Under the pieces are notes generated by a model. That model worked only from the letters and a program-made list of their open reading frames with translations. It made no database searches and was not told where the DNA came from. Positions 40,984-50,423 of a stretch of 64,000 nucleotides of DNA are shown here, in pieces. Where the stretch lies: positions 12,291 through 76,290 of the forward strand of contig JAIPJM010000012.1 of the NCBI GenBank assembly GCA_021734255.1, read 5' to 3'. The translations under genes and the position numbers were made by a program. Within the stretch, counting starts at the first letter, position 1; each line of letters starts with the position of its first letter. Source of the stretch: Fidelibacterota bacterium. Lineage in GTDB: Bacteria; Fidelibacterota; UBA8477; JABMPR01.

Positions 40984-42678
40984 CTAATCAAGTTCCTTCG
41001 GCTGCATCTCGATATATTTCTGCTCATCTACTTCATCAATATACTTGGGATCAAGATACTCATCTGCATATTCCCGATAGACCTTTTCCTTGAGGAAAAC
41101 GTCAAACAGGTCCGGATCGATGTGGTGGTCGATCTTGAAAAAGCCCATGATCCGCATGGCTTCAGACAAGGTTTTCCCTTTCTTGTAGGGACGATCACTA
41201 GCCGTTAGTGCTTCAAAAATATCTGCAATTCCCATTATCCTGGCCTGAATTGACATATCATCTTTTGTCAGTCCCTTGGGATAGCCAGTACCGATCATGG
41301 TCTCGTGGTGCCCACCAGCGAACTCCGGCACACGCTTCAGATGTTTCGGGAAGGGTAGTTTTTCCAGCATATCTATGGTGACCACAATGTGATCATTGAT
41401 CTTGTCACGCTCAGAATTGGTCAGTGTGCCCCGTGAAATATTCAGGTTCATCACCCAATCTTCACTGAGCAGATCCTGTTCTTCACCATTCAGAACGATC
41501 TTCTGTTTAGCGATCTCTTTGACCCGATCTTTAAGCTCATCCGCCATAAACTCGCCACCGGTATTGCACTGGTTCAGGAACAGCCGGTCGCTTTCCAGCT
41601 GGATCAGACGGGCATCGTAATCGTCTCTATACTGCTCTTTCTGGTCCGGATCTGCCTGAATAGCCTTCAAGTACTCAATTTCCGCATCTCGTTTCAGAAT
41701 TTCAAACCGCGCATTCAGCTCATGTACCCGATCATAGATGGTTTCAAGTTTGGTCGCCTTATCGACAACGTACTCCGGAGTGGTGATCTTGCCAACATCA
41801 TGGAGCCAGGCTGCTATCCTGAGTTCATCCATATCTTCCTTGGTGAATTGGACATCTGCATACTGTCCTTCTTTTGTCTCGTTCACCTTTTCCGCCAACA
41901 TCATGGCAATGGCCGGGACACGTGAGCAGTGACCGCCCGTGTAGGGTGATTTCTCATCAATGGCATCCGCGATCAATTGAATGAATGATTCTAATAAATT
42001 CTCAAGACCCTCAATCAATCTCACATTCGTAATTGCCACCGCTGCCTGACTGGCAAGGGATTCGATGAGCTTTTGTGTGTCCTTGGAAAATGGAATCACC
42101 TGACCTGTGCCAGGGTTTGTTGCATTCAACAACTGAAGTACACCAATGATGTCATTCTCATGATTTTTCATGGCAATGGTGAGGAAAGATTGAGAACGAT
42201 AACCGAATCTTTGATCAAAGCCCTTGGCCCCAGAAAAGTCAAACTCATCATTCTCATAGGCATCCGGAATATTCAGCGTGTTCCCCGTTAGCCCGACATA
42301 GGCTGAAACATTATGATGATTGGGCTCGCCATCTTCAGTGTACAGCTTCACCGGATAGATCTGGTCTGGTATGGGTGTTTCACTGATCCCGCCAAAATCG
42401 GTACCCATGGTTTTGTTTTTCATGATCTCGAAAGCCAGTCGATCATCGTCTGTGCGCAGGTAGAGTGTACCACCGTCTGCATTGGTAATGCGCATTCCCT
42501 CAACAATGATGAGGTTCAGCAGGGTTGGCAGGTCCCGCTCATAGGACAGCTGATATCCGATCTCTGCCAGATTGTCTATCTGGACCTCACACTGGTTGAT
42601 ATAGTCCAAAACCTCTGGGTCTACCTTTTCCAGATATGCTTTTACGTCAGATCGATTTATGTATGATTTGTTGGTCAT
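40984..42678 (-). CDS. GAF + HD-GYP phosphodiesterase
   Basis: GAF (ADGGTLYL...IGVLQLLN), SPYTGGHC, WLHDVGKI, HHE..GTGYP, IADIFEALTA.DRPYK. Confidence 0.92.
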   Translation of the reverse strand: MTNKSYINRSDVKAYLEKVDPEVLDYINQCEVQIDNLAEIGYQLSYERDLPTLLNLIIVEGMRITNADGGTLYLRTDDDRLAFEIMKNKTMGTDFGGISETPIPDQIYPVKLYTEDGEPNHHNVSAYVGLTGNTLNIPDAYENDEFDFSGAKGFDQRFGYRSQSFLTIAMKNHENDIIGVLQLLNATNPGTGQVIPFSKDTQKLIESLASQAAVAITNVRLIEGLENLLESFIQLIADAIDEKSPYTGGHCSRVPAIAMMLAEKVNETKEGQYADVQFTKEDMDELRIAAWLHDVGKITTPEYVVDKATKLETIYDRVHELNARFEILKRDAEIEYLKAIQADPDQKEQYRDDYDARLIQLESDRLFLNQCNTGGEFMADELKDRVKEIAKQKIVLNGEEQDLLSEDWVMNLNISRGTLTNSERDKINDHIVVTIDMLEKLPFPKHLKRVPEFAGGHHETMIGTGYPKGLTKDDMSIQARIMGIADIFEALTASDRPYKKGKTLSEAMRIMGFFKIDHHIDPDLFDVFLKEKVYREYADEYLDPKYIDEVDEQKYIEMQPKELD

Positions 42679-42835
42679 CCAAGTTCTCCAGGTGTTTCAA
42701 AACAACGTGAAATATTAAAATAATCCAAAGAACTTTGAAAGGGGTGTTTATTTATCTGAAACCGTTAAGATTTCGTTGATGTGTTAATCCCTGAATCATA
42801 TTAACTTTTGTTCATCGCCTAAAGAAGGAGCCTTC

Positions 42836-44149
42836 ATGAAGAAAACCCTCGTTCTGGATACCAATGTCATTTTGCACGACAGCGACTGCATCTATCACTT
42901 CGAGGACAATGATATTGTTCTACCCATCGCTGTTCTAGAGGAACTGGATCACTTTAAAAAAGGTAACGATGTCCTGAATTACCATGCGCGAGCCTTTGTC
43001 CGCATCATCGATGATCTCTCTTCTGAAAAAATGTTTGAAGACGGTGTAAAGCTTGGGTCCAAACGTGGTATCTTCAGGGTGGAATTGAACTCCACCAGTG
43101 AAGATCTCTTTGGTGTTTTCACCGAAGATATCACCGACCATCGCATTCTTTACACAGCTTATGAATTGGCGAAGACGGAGAAACAGCGTGTGGTTCTCGT
43201 CAGCAAAGACATGAATCTCCGCTTAAAAGCCAAGGCTGTTGGTCTGGAAGCCCAGGATTATTTCACTGACAAAGTCGCCAGTGTGGAAGAGCTGTATACC
43301 GGTAAATCAATCGAGGAGGGCACGTCATCAGAATTGATAGACAGACTTTATAAGGCTCCCTTTGAAGTCCCCTTTGATGATGCCGGGATCAAGGAAACAC
43401 CCTACCCCTGGCATCACTTCATCATGAAGAATGATCAGAAATCAGCCCTGACGGTGTATAATCCCAACCAGGACCTGCTCCAGCGCCTGGATAAGCGTGC
43501 TGCCCACGGTATTATTCCGAGAAATGCTGAACAACTCTTTGCCCTGGACCTGTTGACCAATGATGAGATCCCGCTGGTTTCCGTCACCGGTAAGGCAGGA
43601 ACAGGGAAAACATTGTTAGCTCTGGCTGCTGCCATGGAAAAACGTCGCTCCTATCGACAGATCTTTATCGCGCGTCCTATCGTACCTTTGAGCAATAAGG
43701 ATATTGGATATCTCCCCGGTGATATCAAATCCAAGATCGACCCTTATCTGCAGCCCTTATGGGATAATCTCAAGGTCATCCAGAACCAGTATTTAAACAA
43801 TAATTCGGAATTCGAGAAGATCAACCGGCTGGTGGAGGAAGAAAAGATCGTCATCGCACCACTTACGTATATACGTGGTCGCAGTCTGCAAAAGATCTTC
43901 TTTATCGTGGATGAAGCTCAAAACCTGACACCGCACGAGATCAAAACCATCATCACCCGGGCAGGTGAAGGGACCAAGGTTGTATTTACTGGAGATATCT
44001 TCCAGATCGATCATCCTTTTCTTGACAGTCAATCAAATGGCCTTTCCTACCTCATCGATCGATTCAAAGGACAGCGCTTATACGCCCACATGAACCTGGA
44101 GAAGGGCGAACGCTCACCGCTGGCTGAACTTGCATCCAACTTGTTGTAA
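42836..44149 (+). CDS. PIN + PhoH ATPase (PhoH2/YlaK-like)
   Basis: VLDTNVILHD PIN domain, GKAGTGKT, YIRGRS, DEAQNLT, GDIFQID. Confidence 0.93.
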   Translation: MKKTLVLDTNVILHDSDCIYHFEDNDIVLPIAVLEELDHFKKGNDVLNYHARAFVRIIDDLSSEKMFEDGVKLGSKRGIFRVELNSTSEDLFGVFTEDITDHRILYTAYELAKTEKQRVVLVSKDMNLRLKAKAVGLEAQDYFTDKVASVEELYTGKSIEEGTSSELIDRLYKAPFEVPFDDAGIKETPYPWHHFIMKNDQKSALTVYNPNQDLLQRLDKRAAHGIIPRNAEQLFALDLLTNDEIPLVSVTGKAGTGKTLLALAAAMEKRRSYRQIFIARPIVPLSNKDIGYLPGDIKSKIDPYLQPLWDNLKVIQNQYLNNNSEFEKINRLVEEEKIVIAPLTYIRGRSLQKIFFIVDEAQNLTPHEIKTIITRAGEGTKVVFTGDIFQIDHPFLDSQSNGLSYLIDRFKGQRLYAHMNLEKGERSPLAELASNLL

Positions 44150-44181
44150 TGCAGTATTGGGAAACTTAAGGGTCAGATGAA

Positions 44182-44652
44182 ATGGATATGGCAGTAAAAG
44201 AAAAAACATACAGCGATGTCACCCGGAACATTCAAGCGCTTATCGAAGGCGAAACGGACCGGATCACTGTCATGTCAACCATTGCCTGTGAACTGTTCCA
44301 GGCCTTTGATCAATGGAACTGGGTCGGCTTTTACCGACGGGTAGATGAAAGAACTTTGAAGGTGGGTCCCTACCAGGGAACCCATGGCTGTCTGACCATT
44401 GATCTTGACCGGGGGGTCTGTGGAAAATGTGTCCGCGAGAAAAGTATTCAGGTTGAGAATGATGTTCAATCCATTCCACACCACATCGCCTGCTCCGAGG
44501 ATACCCAGGCTGAGATCGTACTGCCGGTGACAGACTCAAATGGCATTGTTCAAGCCGTACTGGATATTGACTCTCTGGAGCTCAATAATTTTGATGAGGT
44601 AGATGAGAAATACCTGACGGATATCTGTAGCTTCGTTTCTCAGCTGTTTTGA
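44182..44652 (+). CDS. GAF domain free methionine-R-sulfoxide reductase-like protein
   Basis: WVGFY, VGPYQG..GC, GVCG, HIAC, EIVLP, VLDIDS. Confidence 0.88.
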   Translation: MDMAVKEKTYSDVTRNIQALIEGETDRITVMSTIACELFQAFDQWNWVGFYRRVDERTLKVGPYQGTHGCLTIDLDRGVCGKCVREKSIQVENDVQSIPHHIACSEDTQAEIVLPVTDSNGIVQAVLDIDSLELNNFDEVDEKYLTDICSFVSQLF

Positions 44653-44691
44653 ATTCCTAATTGAGCAATCGATTTGATGGCAAGTTCAGAA

Positions 44692-44715
44692 GGGTCGTAT
44701 CGCGATACGCCCCAC
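44692..44715. repeat. GTAG-class REP-like palindrome
   Basis: gggtcgtatcgcgatacgccccac (minus strand GTGGGGCGTATCGCGATACGACCC). Confidence 0.55.
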
Positions 44716-44784
44716 CATACTTTACTGCCGTTTTTTGCTGTTTAAGACCGGCTTCGTTTTTCGGTTTTTGTTTGGGAATAATGA

Positions 44785-44807
44785 CCCCGGGCTGAAGCCC
44801 AGGGCTA
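44785..44807. repeat. REP-like palindrome TAGCCCTGGGCTTCAGCCCGGGG (minus strand)
   Basis: ccccgggctgaagcccagggcta hairpin in a convergent intergenic gap. Confidence 0.55.
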
Positions 44808-44821
44808 AAAGAAGCACCTTG

Positions 44822-45340
44822 TCAGAAGAGGGTAGGTCTTGTTTCCTTTGCTTCATGATCCAGGAGATAGCGTTTCACTGCTAAACCTCCTGCATAGCCA
44901 CCCAAACCACCCCCCGTCTGGATCACCCGGTGACAGGGTACAACAATAGAAATTGGGTTCCTGCCGTTGGCAGTTCCAACCGCACGGATACCGCCAGGAT
45001 TATCCAGCCGATTAGCCAGCTCAGCATAGGTAATCGTTTCTCCGAATGGAATGGTGAGCAGTTCGTTCCAGACCGTCTCCTGAAACGGTGTGCCCTTCAG
45101 ATAAAGGGGTATTTCAAACACCTCTCTGGATCCAGAGAAATAGTCGTTCAGTTGGTCCATGATTGGCTGGAGGGGCTGTTGTGAATCAGCCCGATCTGCA
45201 TCTGGATCGATCCGCTGCAGATGCTCATACAACTGTCGCTCAGCAGCAGGTCCGGTGGTAAGCGCACATAATTTGGTCCCATGGCTAGCCAGACAAAGGG
45301 GACCTGCGTCTGTTTTCATTGAGCCTGTATGGAAGGTCAT
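44822..45340 (-). CDS. ogt: Methylated-DNA--protein-cysteine methyltransferase
   Basis: GTPFQ..VW, IPFGETITY, RAVGTANGRNP, PCHRVI, GYAGG. Confidence 0.95.
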   Translation of the reverse strand: MTFHTGSMKTDAGPLCLASHGTKLCALTTGPAAERQLYEHLQRIDPDADRADSQQPLQPIMDQLNDYFSGSREVFEIPLYLKGTPFQETVWNELLTIPFGETITYAELANRLDNPGGIRAVGTANGRNPISIVVPCHRVIQTGGGLGGYAGGLAVKRYLLDHEAKETRPTLF

Positions 45341-45348
45341 TAAATCTG

Positions 45349-45756
45349 CTATTTCAGGAACCAGGCAATTCTGTTCTGTAGCTCATCCCTGGTTTTTCTA
45401 TAATCCGGAAGTTTGGATTCATCAACATCCCAACCATGGAAGGGATCCTTGGTACTCCAGTGGATACGCTCCACATCGCCTGGAAAGGTGGGGCAGGTTT
45501 TGGCTGCATGGTCACAGACGCTGATCACAATATCAATCCCGGCATCCAGGTACATTTCAACATCATCCGAGCTTTGGTCCCTAATGTCTATGTCGAGCTC
45601 ATCCATGACCAGGATGGACATAGGGTGGACCTTGCTGGGTTCTACACCGGCTGAGTAAACTTCAAATTTATCCCCAGCCATCCGCCGTAATAGACCTTCG
45701 GCCATCTGGGACCGACATGAATTCCCGGTACAGAGAAATAAAACTTTTTTCTTCAT
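45349..45756 (-). CDS. arsC: Arsenate reductase, thioredoxin-coupled (LMW-PTP fold)
   Basis: CTGNSCRSQMAEG, VC....CP, HW..KDP. Confidence 0.85.
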   Translation of the reverse strand: MKKKVLFLCTGNSCRSQMAEGLLRRMAGDKFEVYSAGVEPSKVHPMSILVMDELDIDIRDQSSDDVEMYLDAGIDIVISVCDHAAKTCPTFPGDVERIHWSTKDPFHGWDVDESKLPDYRKTRDELQNRIAWFLK

Positions 45757-45759
45757 ATT

Positions 45760-46236
45760 CTATCCATTATAAAAGTACACGATTTGCCATTCGTCCGAGA
45801 GCTGTCCCGCAAGATAGCCGCCACCATAGGAGACTCCGCCGACCAGCGCCAAGGTCATTACTTTTTCTCCAACAGTAGGGGTGTACTCAATTTCTACACC
45901 ATCTTCCATTTGGGTTGCTTTGGGATTATTGATCATTGTTAAGAGCATAAATCCGGCACAGCTACCCCCACAATATTTACCAAACTTTTTTGCCTTCCCC
46001 TGTTTTGCCATGATCTGACTGATCTCAGAGAGTTGGTAGCTTTGCTCCACACCCCTGACTTCCATACTCGCCCTGTCCATAAATATTTGTAGGCTTTTTC
46101 CCTCAAGAATAAACCCTTTTTTCAACATGATCTTACCTTTGGCATATGCTTGCAGCGCACCCTGTGCTGGCGTAAAAGCGGTAAGCAACCCCAGCATAAT
46201 TGCGACAATCACTAATTTTCGTCCCGTGGATCGCAT
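45760..46236 (-). CDS. Hypothetical exported/membrane protein
   Basis: Signal peptide; Gly-rich C-terminal hydrophobic helices; GAGGAG RBS. Confidence 0.65.
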   Translation of the reverse strand: MRSTGRKLVIVAIMLGLLTAFTPAQGALQAYAKGKIMLKKGFILEGKSLQIFMDRASMEVRGVEQSYQLSEISQIMAKQGKAKKFGKYCGGSCAGFMLLTMINNPKATQMEDGVEIEYTPTVGEKVMTLALVGGVSYGGGYLAGQLSDEWQIVYFYNG

Positions 46237-46408
46237 CGGCATTCTCCTCAAATCTCCGTCCTGGCCGAAAGCCTAATTTAGTCTCAAATAATGACAGGAA
46301 AAGAGAAACACTCTCACACATCGGCTTACTTAATAATTTGAGAAACATCGTGTTTTCATTATATTGTTAGCCACAATGATTAATTAACATTTTATTTGTT
46401 AGGTTATT

Positions 46409-46894
46409 ATGAGTATTGACAAAACAGACAAAAAGATACTGGATATCTTACAGTCTGAAGGGCGCATCACGAATGCTGAACTCGCCAGGCGCATTAATAT
46501 GTCTCCGCCACCCACCCTGGAGCGAGTAAAAAAACTGGAGCGCAACGGATATATCCAGAATTACGTCGCCCTGGTCAATCCTACTGTTATGGGTTTTACC
46601 TGCTTTACCTATGTTGAGGTGACGCTGGTACGCCATGGGACAGAGCGTGTTGAAAAATTCATCAAATCAATCACTGAGCTGGATCGGGTCATGGAGTGTC
46701 ATCACATTACGGGCAGTGCGGACTTTTTGATCAAAGTCGCCAGCAAGGACATTCCGGACTATGAAGATTTTGTTCTCCGGACCTTAACATCACTGCCAGA
46801 AGTACAGAACTTGAAAACACTTGTGGTCCTGTCCACCCTGAAACACAAAACCAGGCTACCCAGTTATGCGACAGATGTTGAGGAGGGTAACTAG
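46409..46894 (+). CDS. Lrp/AsnC family transcriptional regulator
   Basis: IDKTDKKILDILQSEGRITNAELA, RVKKLE, ECHHITGSADFLIKV. Confidence 0.95.
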   Translation: MSIDKTDKKILDILQSEGRITNAELARRINMSPPPTLERVKKLERNGYIQNYVALVNPTVMGFTCFTYVEVTLVRHGTERVEKFIKSITELDRVMECHHITGSADFLIKVASKDIPDYEDFVLRTLTSLPEVQNLKTLVVLSTLKHKTRLPSYATDVEEGN

Positions 46895-46896
46895 GT

Positions 46897-47922
46897 ATGG
46901 CGAAAGTACATCGGATCATACTCCTTGGCTTTGGAACGGTGGCAAAAGGGCTGTGTCAGATCATCAGCGACAAACATGCGGAGCTGATGAGAAGCCACCA
47001 TGTCGACCTCAGGATCGTTACTGTGGTAACACGCTCACGCGGTGCCATGAATAATCCTGATGGCATCCCCATCGCTGAGCTACTTCAGCTGACGGAGCAT
47101 TCAAGACCCTTTTCTGCTCATGTCGTGGACTGGGACACTGAAACGGCAATTCTGAATTCAACAGCTGATACTGTGGTTGAGCTCACGCATACCAACATTG
47201 ATACTGGACAACCGGCCCTCAGCTACTGCCGAGCGGCACTCAATGCCGGGAAACACCTGGTGTGCGGAAATAAAGGTCCCGCCACGGTAGCCTATACAGA
47301 ACTGAGCCGACTGGCCCAGGAAAACAACACCCGTTTTCTAAATGAAGCAACCGTGCTCAGCGGGACACCCGTACTTAGCCTGGTCCGTACAGTGCTGGCC
47401 GGAAACCAGATCACTCGTATCCGTGGCATTCTGAATGGGGCTACCAATTTCATTCTCACCGAAATGGAAGCTGGCAGCTCGTCCGAAGCGGCACTCTCAG
47501 AAGCCGAAGCGCGTGGCTACCTGGAGGCTGACCACAGCGCAGACATCGATGGTCTGGATGCTCAGGCCAAACTCGTGATCCTGGCAAACGAACTCATGGG
47601 GCTTTCATTAAAACCTGGCGATGTCAAACGAAGCGGAATAGCTGACATTCGCGCAGTTGACATCAGGACTGCCGCTGATGAGGATATGCGCTGGAAATTG
47701 ATCGGCTCCATCGAATTAACAGAACAGGGGGCTCATGCTGAGGTAAAGCCGGAGAAGGTCAGCATGAATGATCCGCTCGCACATGTTATGGGAACAACGA
47801 ATTCGATCACGCTCAGTACTGACCTGCTTGGTGATGTGACCATCTCAGGTCCAGGCGCCGGAAGTGTTGAAACCGGCTATGGCGTCCTATCAGATTTGCT
47901 AACGATAATTTCAGAGGTTTAA
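46897..47922 (+). CDS. hom: Homoserine dehydrogenase (short form, no ACT domain)
   Basis: GFGTVA, NKGP, EATV..GTP, GILNGATNFIL, EAD...DIDG.DA..K, GPGAG. Confidence 0.88.
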   Translation: MAKVHRIILLGFGTVAKGLCQIISDKHAELMRSHHVDLRIVTVVTRSRGAMNNPDGIPIAELLQLTEHSRPFSAHVVDWDTETAILNSTADTVVELTHTNIDTGQPALSYCRAALNAGKHLVCGNKGPATVAYTELSRLAQENNTRFLNEATVLSGTPVLSLVRTVLAGNQITRIRGILNGATNFILTEMEAGSSSEAALSEAEARGYLEADHSADIDGLDAQAKLVILANELMGLSLKPGDVKRSGIADIRAVDIRTAADEDMRWKLIGSIELTEQGAHAEVKPEKVSMNDPLAHVMGTTNSITLSTDLLGDVTISGPGAGSVETGYGVLSDLLTIISEV

Positions 47923-47923
47923 C

Positions 47924-49114
47924 ATGAGTCTAGATCTCAAGAATAAAGGGATCAACACCCGGGTTACCCACGCAGGCAAAAATCCGGATTCCGTTCACGG
48001 AAGCGTGTCGGTCCCTATTTACCAGACATCTACATTCAAATTTCGGGATGCTGATCATGGTGCTCGTTTGTTTGAAGGAGAAGAAGAAGGGTACATCTAT
48101 ACCCGGGTTGGCAACCCAACGGTCAACACCCTTGAGGAAGCTGTTGCTGAGCTTGAGAATGGATATGCCGGGATCGCTACTGCCACAGGGATGGCTGCTG
48201 TCACTGCCATATACATGACCTACCTGGAATCAGGTGCGCATATGATCGGGACTGACTCGATCTACGGCTCCTCCCGGATGGTTATTGAAAATGAGTTCAG
48301 CCGCTTCGGTGTGGAGTCTTCTTTTATCGACACTGCTGATCTAAACAATGTTCGAGCAGCCGTGCGGGATAACACCCGCCTGATCTACATTGAGACACCT
48401 TCGAATCCAACGATCAAACTGACGGATATCCAGGCTATCGCCCAAATAGCCCACGACAATGATGCACTTCTGGTGGTGGATAACACATTTATGAGCCCCA
48501 TTTTACAGAACCCCCTGGCATTGGGGGCAGACATCGTTCTCCACAGTATCACCAAGTATATCAATGGTCACACAGACGTGGTCGGCGGGGTCATCATCAC
48601 AAAAACAGAAACAGATTTTACACGCATTCGACTCGTAGTGAATGCCACCGGTGGCACCATGGATCCCCACCAGAGCTGGCTGGTCCTGCGAGGTTTGCGT
48701 ACGCTAACATTAAGAGTGAAACGTGCTGAAGAGAACGCCCAAAAACTGGCTGAGTTTCTGGAGGAACACCCAAAAGTTGAGTGGGTGCGCTATCCCGGCT
48801 TACCATCTCACCCCCAGCATGAACTGGCTCAGCGACAGATGCGGGGCTTTGGCTCCATGATCAGTTTTGAAATCAAAGGTGGCCTCAAGGCTGGCAAGGT
48901 CGTCATGAATAATGTAAGGATTCCTCAGCTTGCTGTCTCTTTAGGTGGATATGAATCATTGATCCAGCATCCGGTCTCCATGACCCACCACAATATTCCC
49001 CCGAGCGAGCGATTGAAGTCCAATATCACTGATGGACTGGTTCGACTCGCCGTTGGAACAGAAGATGTCGAAGATCTGCAGGCAGACCTTGAACAGGCGC
49101 TTGCCCTGGTATAG
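47924..49114 (+). CDS. PLP-dependent Cys/Met metabolism enzyme (methionine gamma-lyase-like)
   Basis: PIYQTSTF, YIYTRVGNPT, ETPSNP, VDNTF, HSITKYINGHTDV, AVSLG. Confidence 0.88.
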   Translation: MSLDLKNKGINTRVTHAGKNPDSVHGSVSVPIYQTSTFKFRDADHGARLFEGEEEGYIYTRVGNPTVNTLEEAVAELENGYAGIATATGMAAVTAIYMTYLESGAHMIGTDSIYGSSRMVIENEFSRFGVESSFIDTADLNNVRAAVRDNTRLIYIETPSNPTIKLTDIQAIAQIAHDNDALLVVDNTFMSPILQNPLALGADIVLHSITKYINGHTDVVGGVIITKTETDFTRIRLVVNATGGTMDPHQSWLVLRGLRTLTLRVKRAEENAQKLAEFLEEHPKVEWVRYPGLPSHPQHELAQRQMRGFGSMISFEIKGGLKAGKVVMNNVRIPQLAVSLGGYESLIQHPVSMTHHNIPPSERLKSNITDGLVRLAVGTEDVEDLQADLEQALALV

Positions 49115-49142
49115 CTGGCGATCTAAATTCAAAACAACAGTC

Positions 49143-50414
49143 ATGAATATGTATAAACCAGTGATATCCATTTTTCTGTGCCTCCTGCTCGTGGTAGGAT
49201 GTAGCGGTCCCTTCTCGTCAACAACAGAAAACTTGCCACTTCAAGGTATACGCATCACCATCGATCCGGGCCATGGAGATACAGAAGCTTATGACCGCTT
49301 CAGGATCGGCCCCGCCGGTGAGCGGGAAGAATGGATCAACCTGAGAGTGGCCAAATATCTGGAGAAAAAATTGACCCATGCCGGTGCGCAGGTCATGCTG
49401 ACCCGCGGCGCTGACAAAGATCTCAGCCTGGGTGGTCGAGCAAGCCTGGCAAAGATCCACGGGAGTCAGCTCTTCGTATCCATTCACCACAATGGATCCG
49501 GAAACGATCCCGAAATGGACCTCCCCATCGTCTATTTCTTTGGCGATGCCCGCATGAACCCAGCCTCTGTTGATTTTGCCAGGATCCTGGTGGAGGGCAT
49601 GCGGGAAAAGATGGTCTTTGAACAGCCAGACGCGGGTGCTGTCTATAGTGACCACCTGATCTATAGCTCAGGGACCTCTGTGCTTCGGAACACGGTGGCG
49701 GTCATGCCTGGTGTCATTGGTGAGGGGGGCTTCTTCACTTCAGCCGAGGGAGAAGAGCGCTTAAGATCCAAAGCCTACAACAAGCTTGAAGCTCAAGTCT
49801 ACTACGAAGCCATCCTGGAATACTTCAGGCGCGGTTACCCGACAGCAGTGCCAATTTTGCTGGACACGGTAAAATATATCATTCCGGGCCAGGTTTTGGA
49901 ATTCCAGCTGGACGATGGATTCGGGGGAAGCGATTTTTTAGGGGACTTCACTGTTCTTCAGGACCAGGACAGCCTGGACTATTCGTGGAACCCTGAAAGC
50001 GGTCTCCTGGCTGTACAAACAGTCCCCATGGACGCGCATGAAGTTTCACTCCAGGTCTTTGGACGAAACAAAAATGGAAACGCGCTACACCCGCGTATCT
50101 TTGAATTTGATACCCAGGCAGGTGTGGAATGGCATGCCTTCGATTTTTGGGGAGATGCATTTAGTGCAGCTGAAGAACTGTATGAGCAATTGTCTTTTGA
50201 TGAAAACACTGCTGATTTCCTACAACTCCCTATTATGGAGGAAGCGTTGCACTTGTATCAGCTTAGCCTTGAACTGCAGATCGTACATGCCAAAGCCCGT
50301 GTGGCCGAGGAAAGAATTCTCACACTGCTAAAATTAAAACAACACCTAAGTAAAGAGGATCTTTCAGAGGAGATCGATTTGCAACAACAGCGCCTGGATA
50401 CTTATTACCCCTAG
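49143..50414 (+). CDS. N-acetylmuramoyl-L-alanine amidase (Amidase_3) lipoprotein
   Basis: Lipobox VVGC; IDPGHG, E...NL, FVSIHHN, GEGGF. Confidence 0.85.
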   Translation: MNMYKPVISIFLCLLLVVGCSGPFSSTTENLPLQGIRITIDPGHGDTEAYDRFRIGPAGEREEWINLRVAKYLEKKLTHAGAQVMLTRGADKDLSLGGRASLAKIHGSQLFVSIHHNGSGNDPEMDLPIVYFFGDARMNPASVDFARILVEGMREKMVFEQPDAGAVYSDHLIYSSGTSVLRNTVAVMPGVIGEGGFFTSAEGEERLRSKAYNKLEAQVYYEAILEYFRRGYPTAVPILLDTVKYIIPGQVLEFQLDDGFGGSDFLGDFTVLQDQDSLDYSWNPESGLLAVQTVPMDAHEVSLQVFGRNKNGNALHPRIFEFDTQAGVEWHAFDFWGDAFSAAEELYEQLSFDENTADFLQLPIMEEALHLYQLSLELQIVHAKARVAEERILTLLKLKQHLSKEDLSEEIDLQQQRLDTYYP

Positions 50415-50423
50415 AGGCAAACA

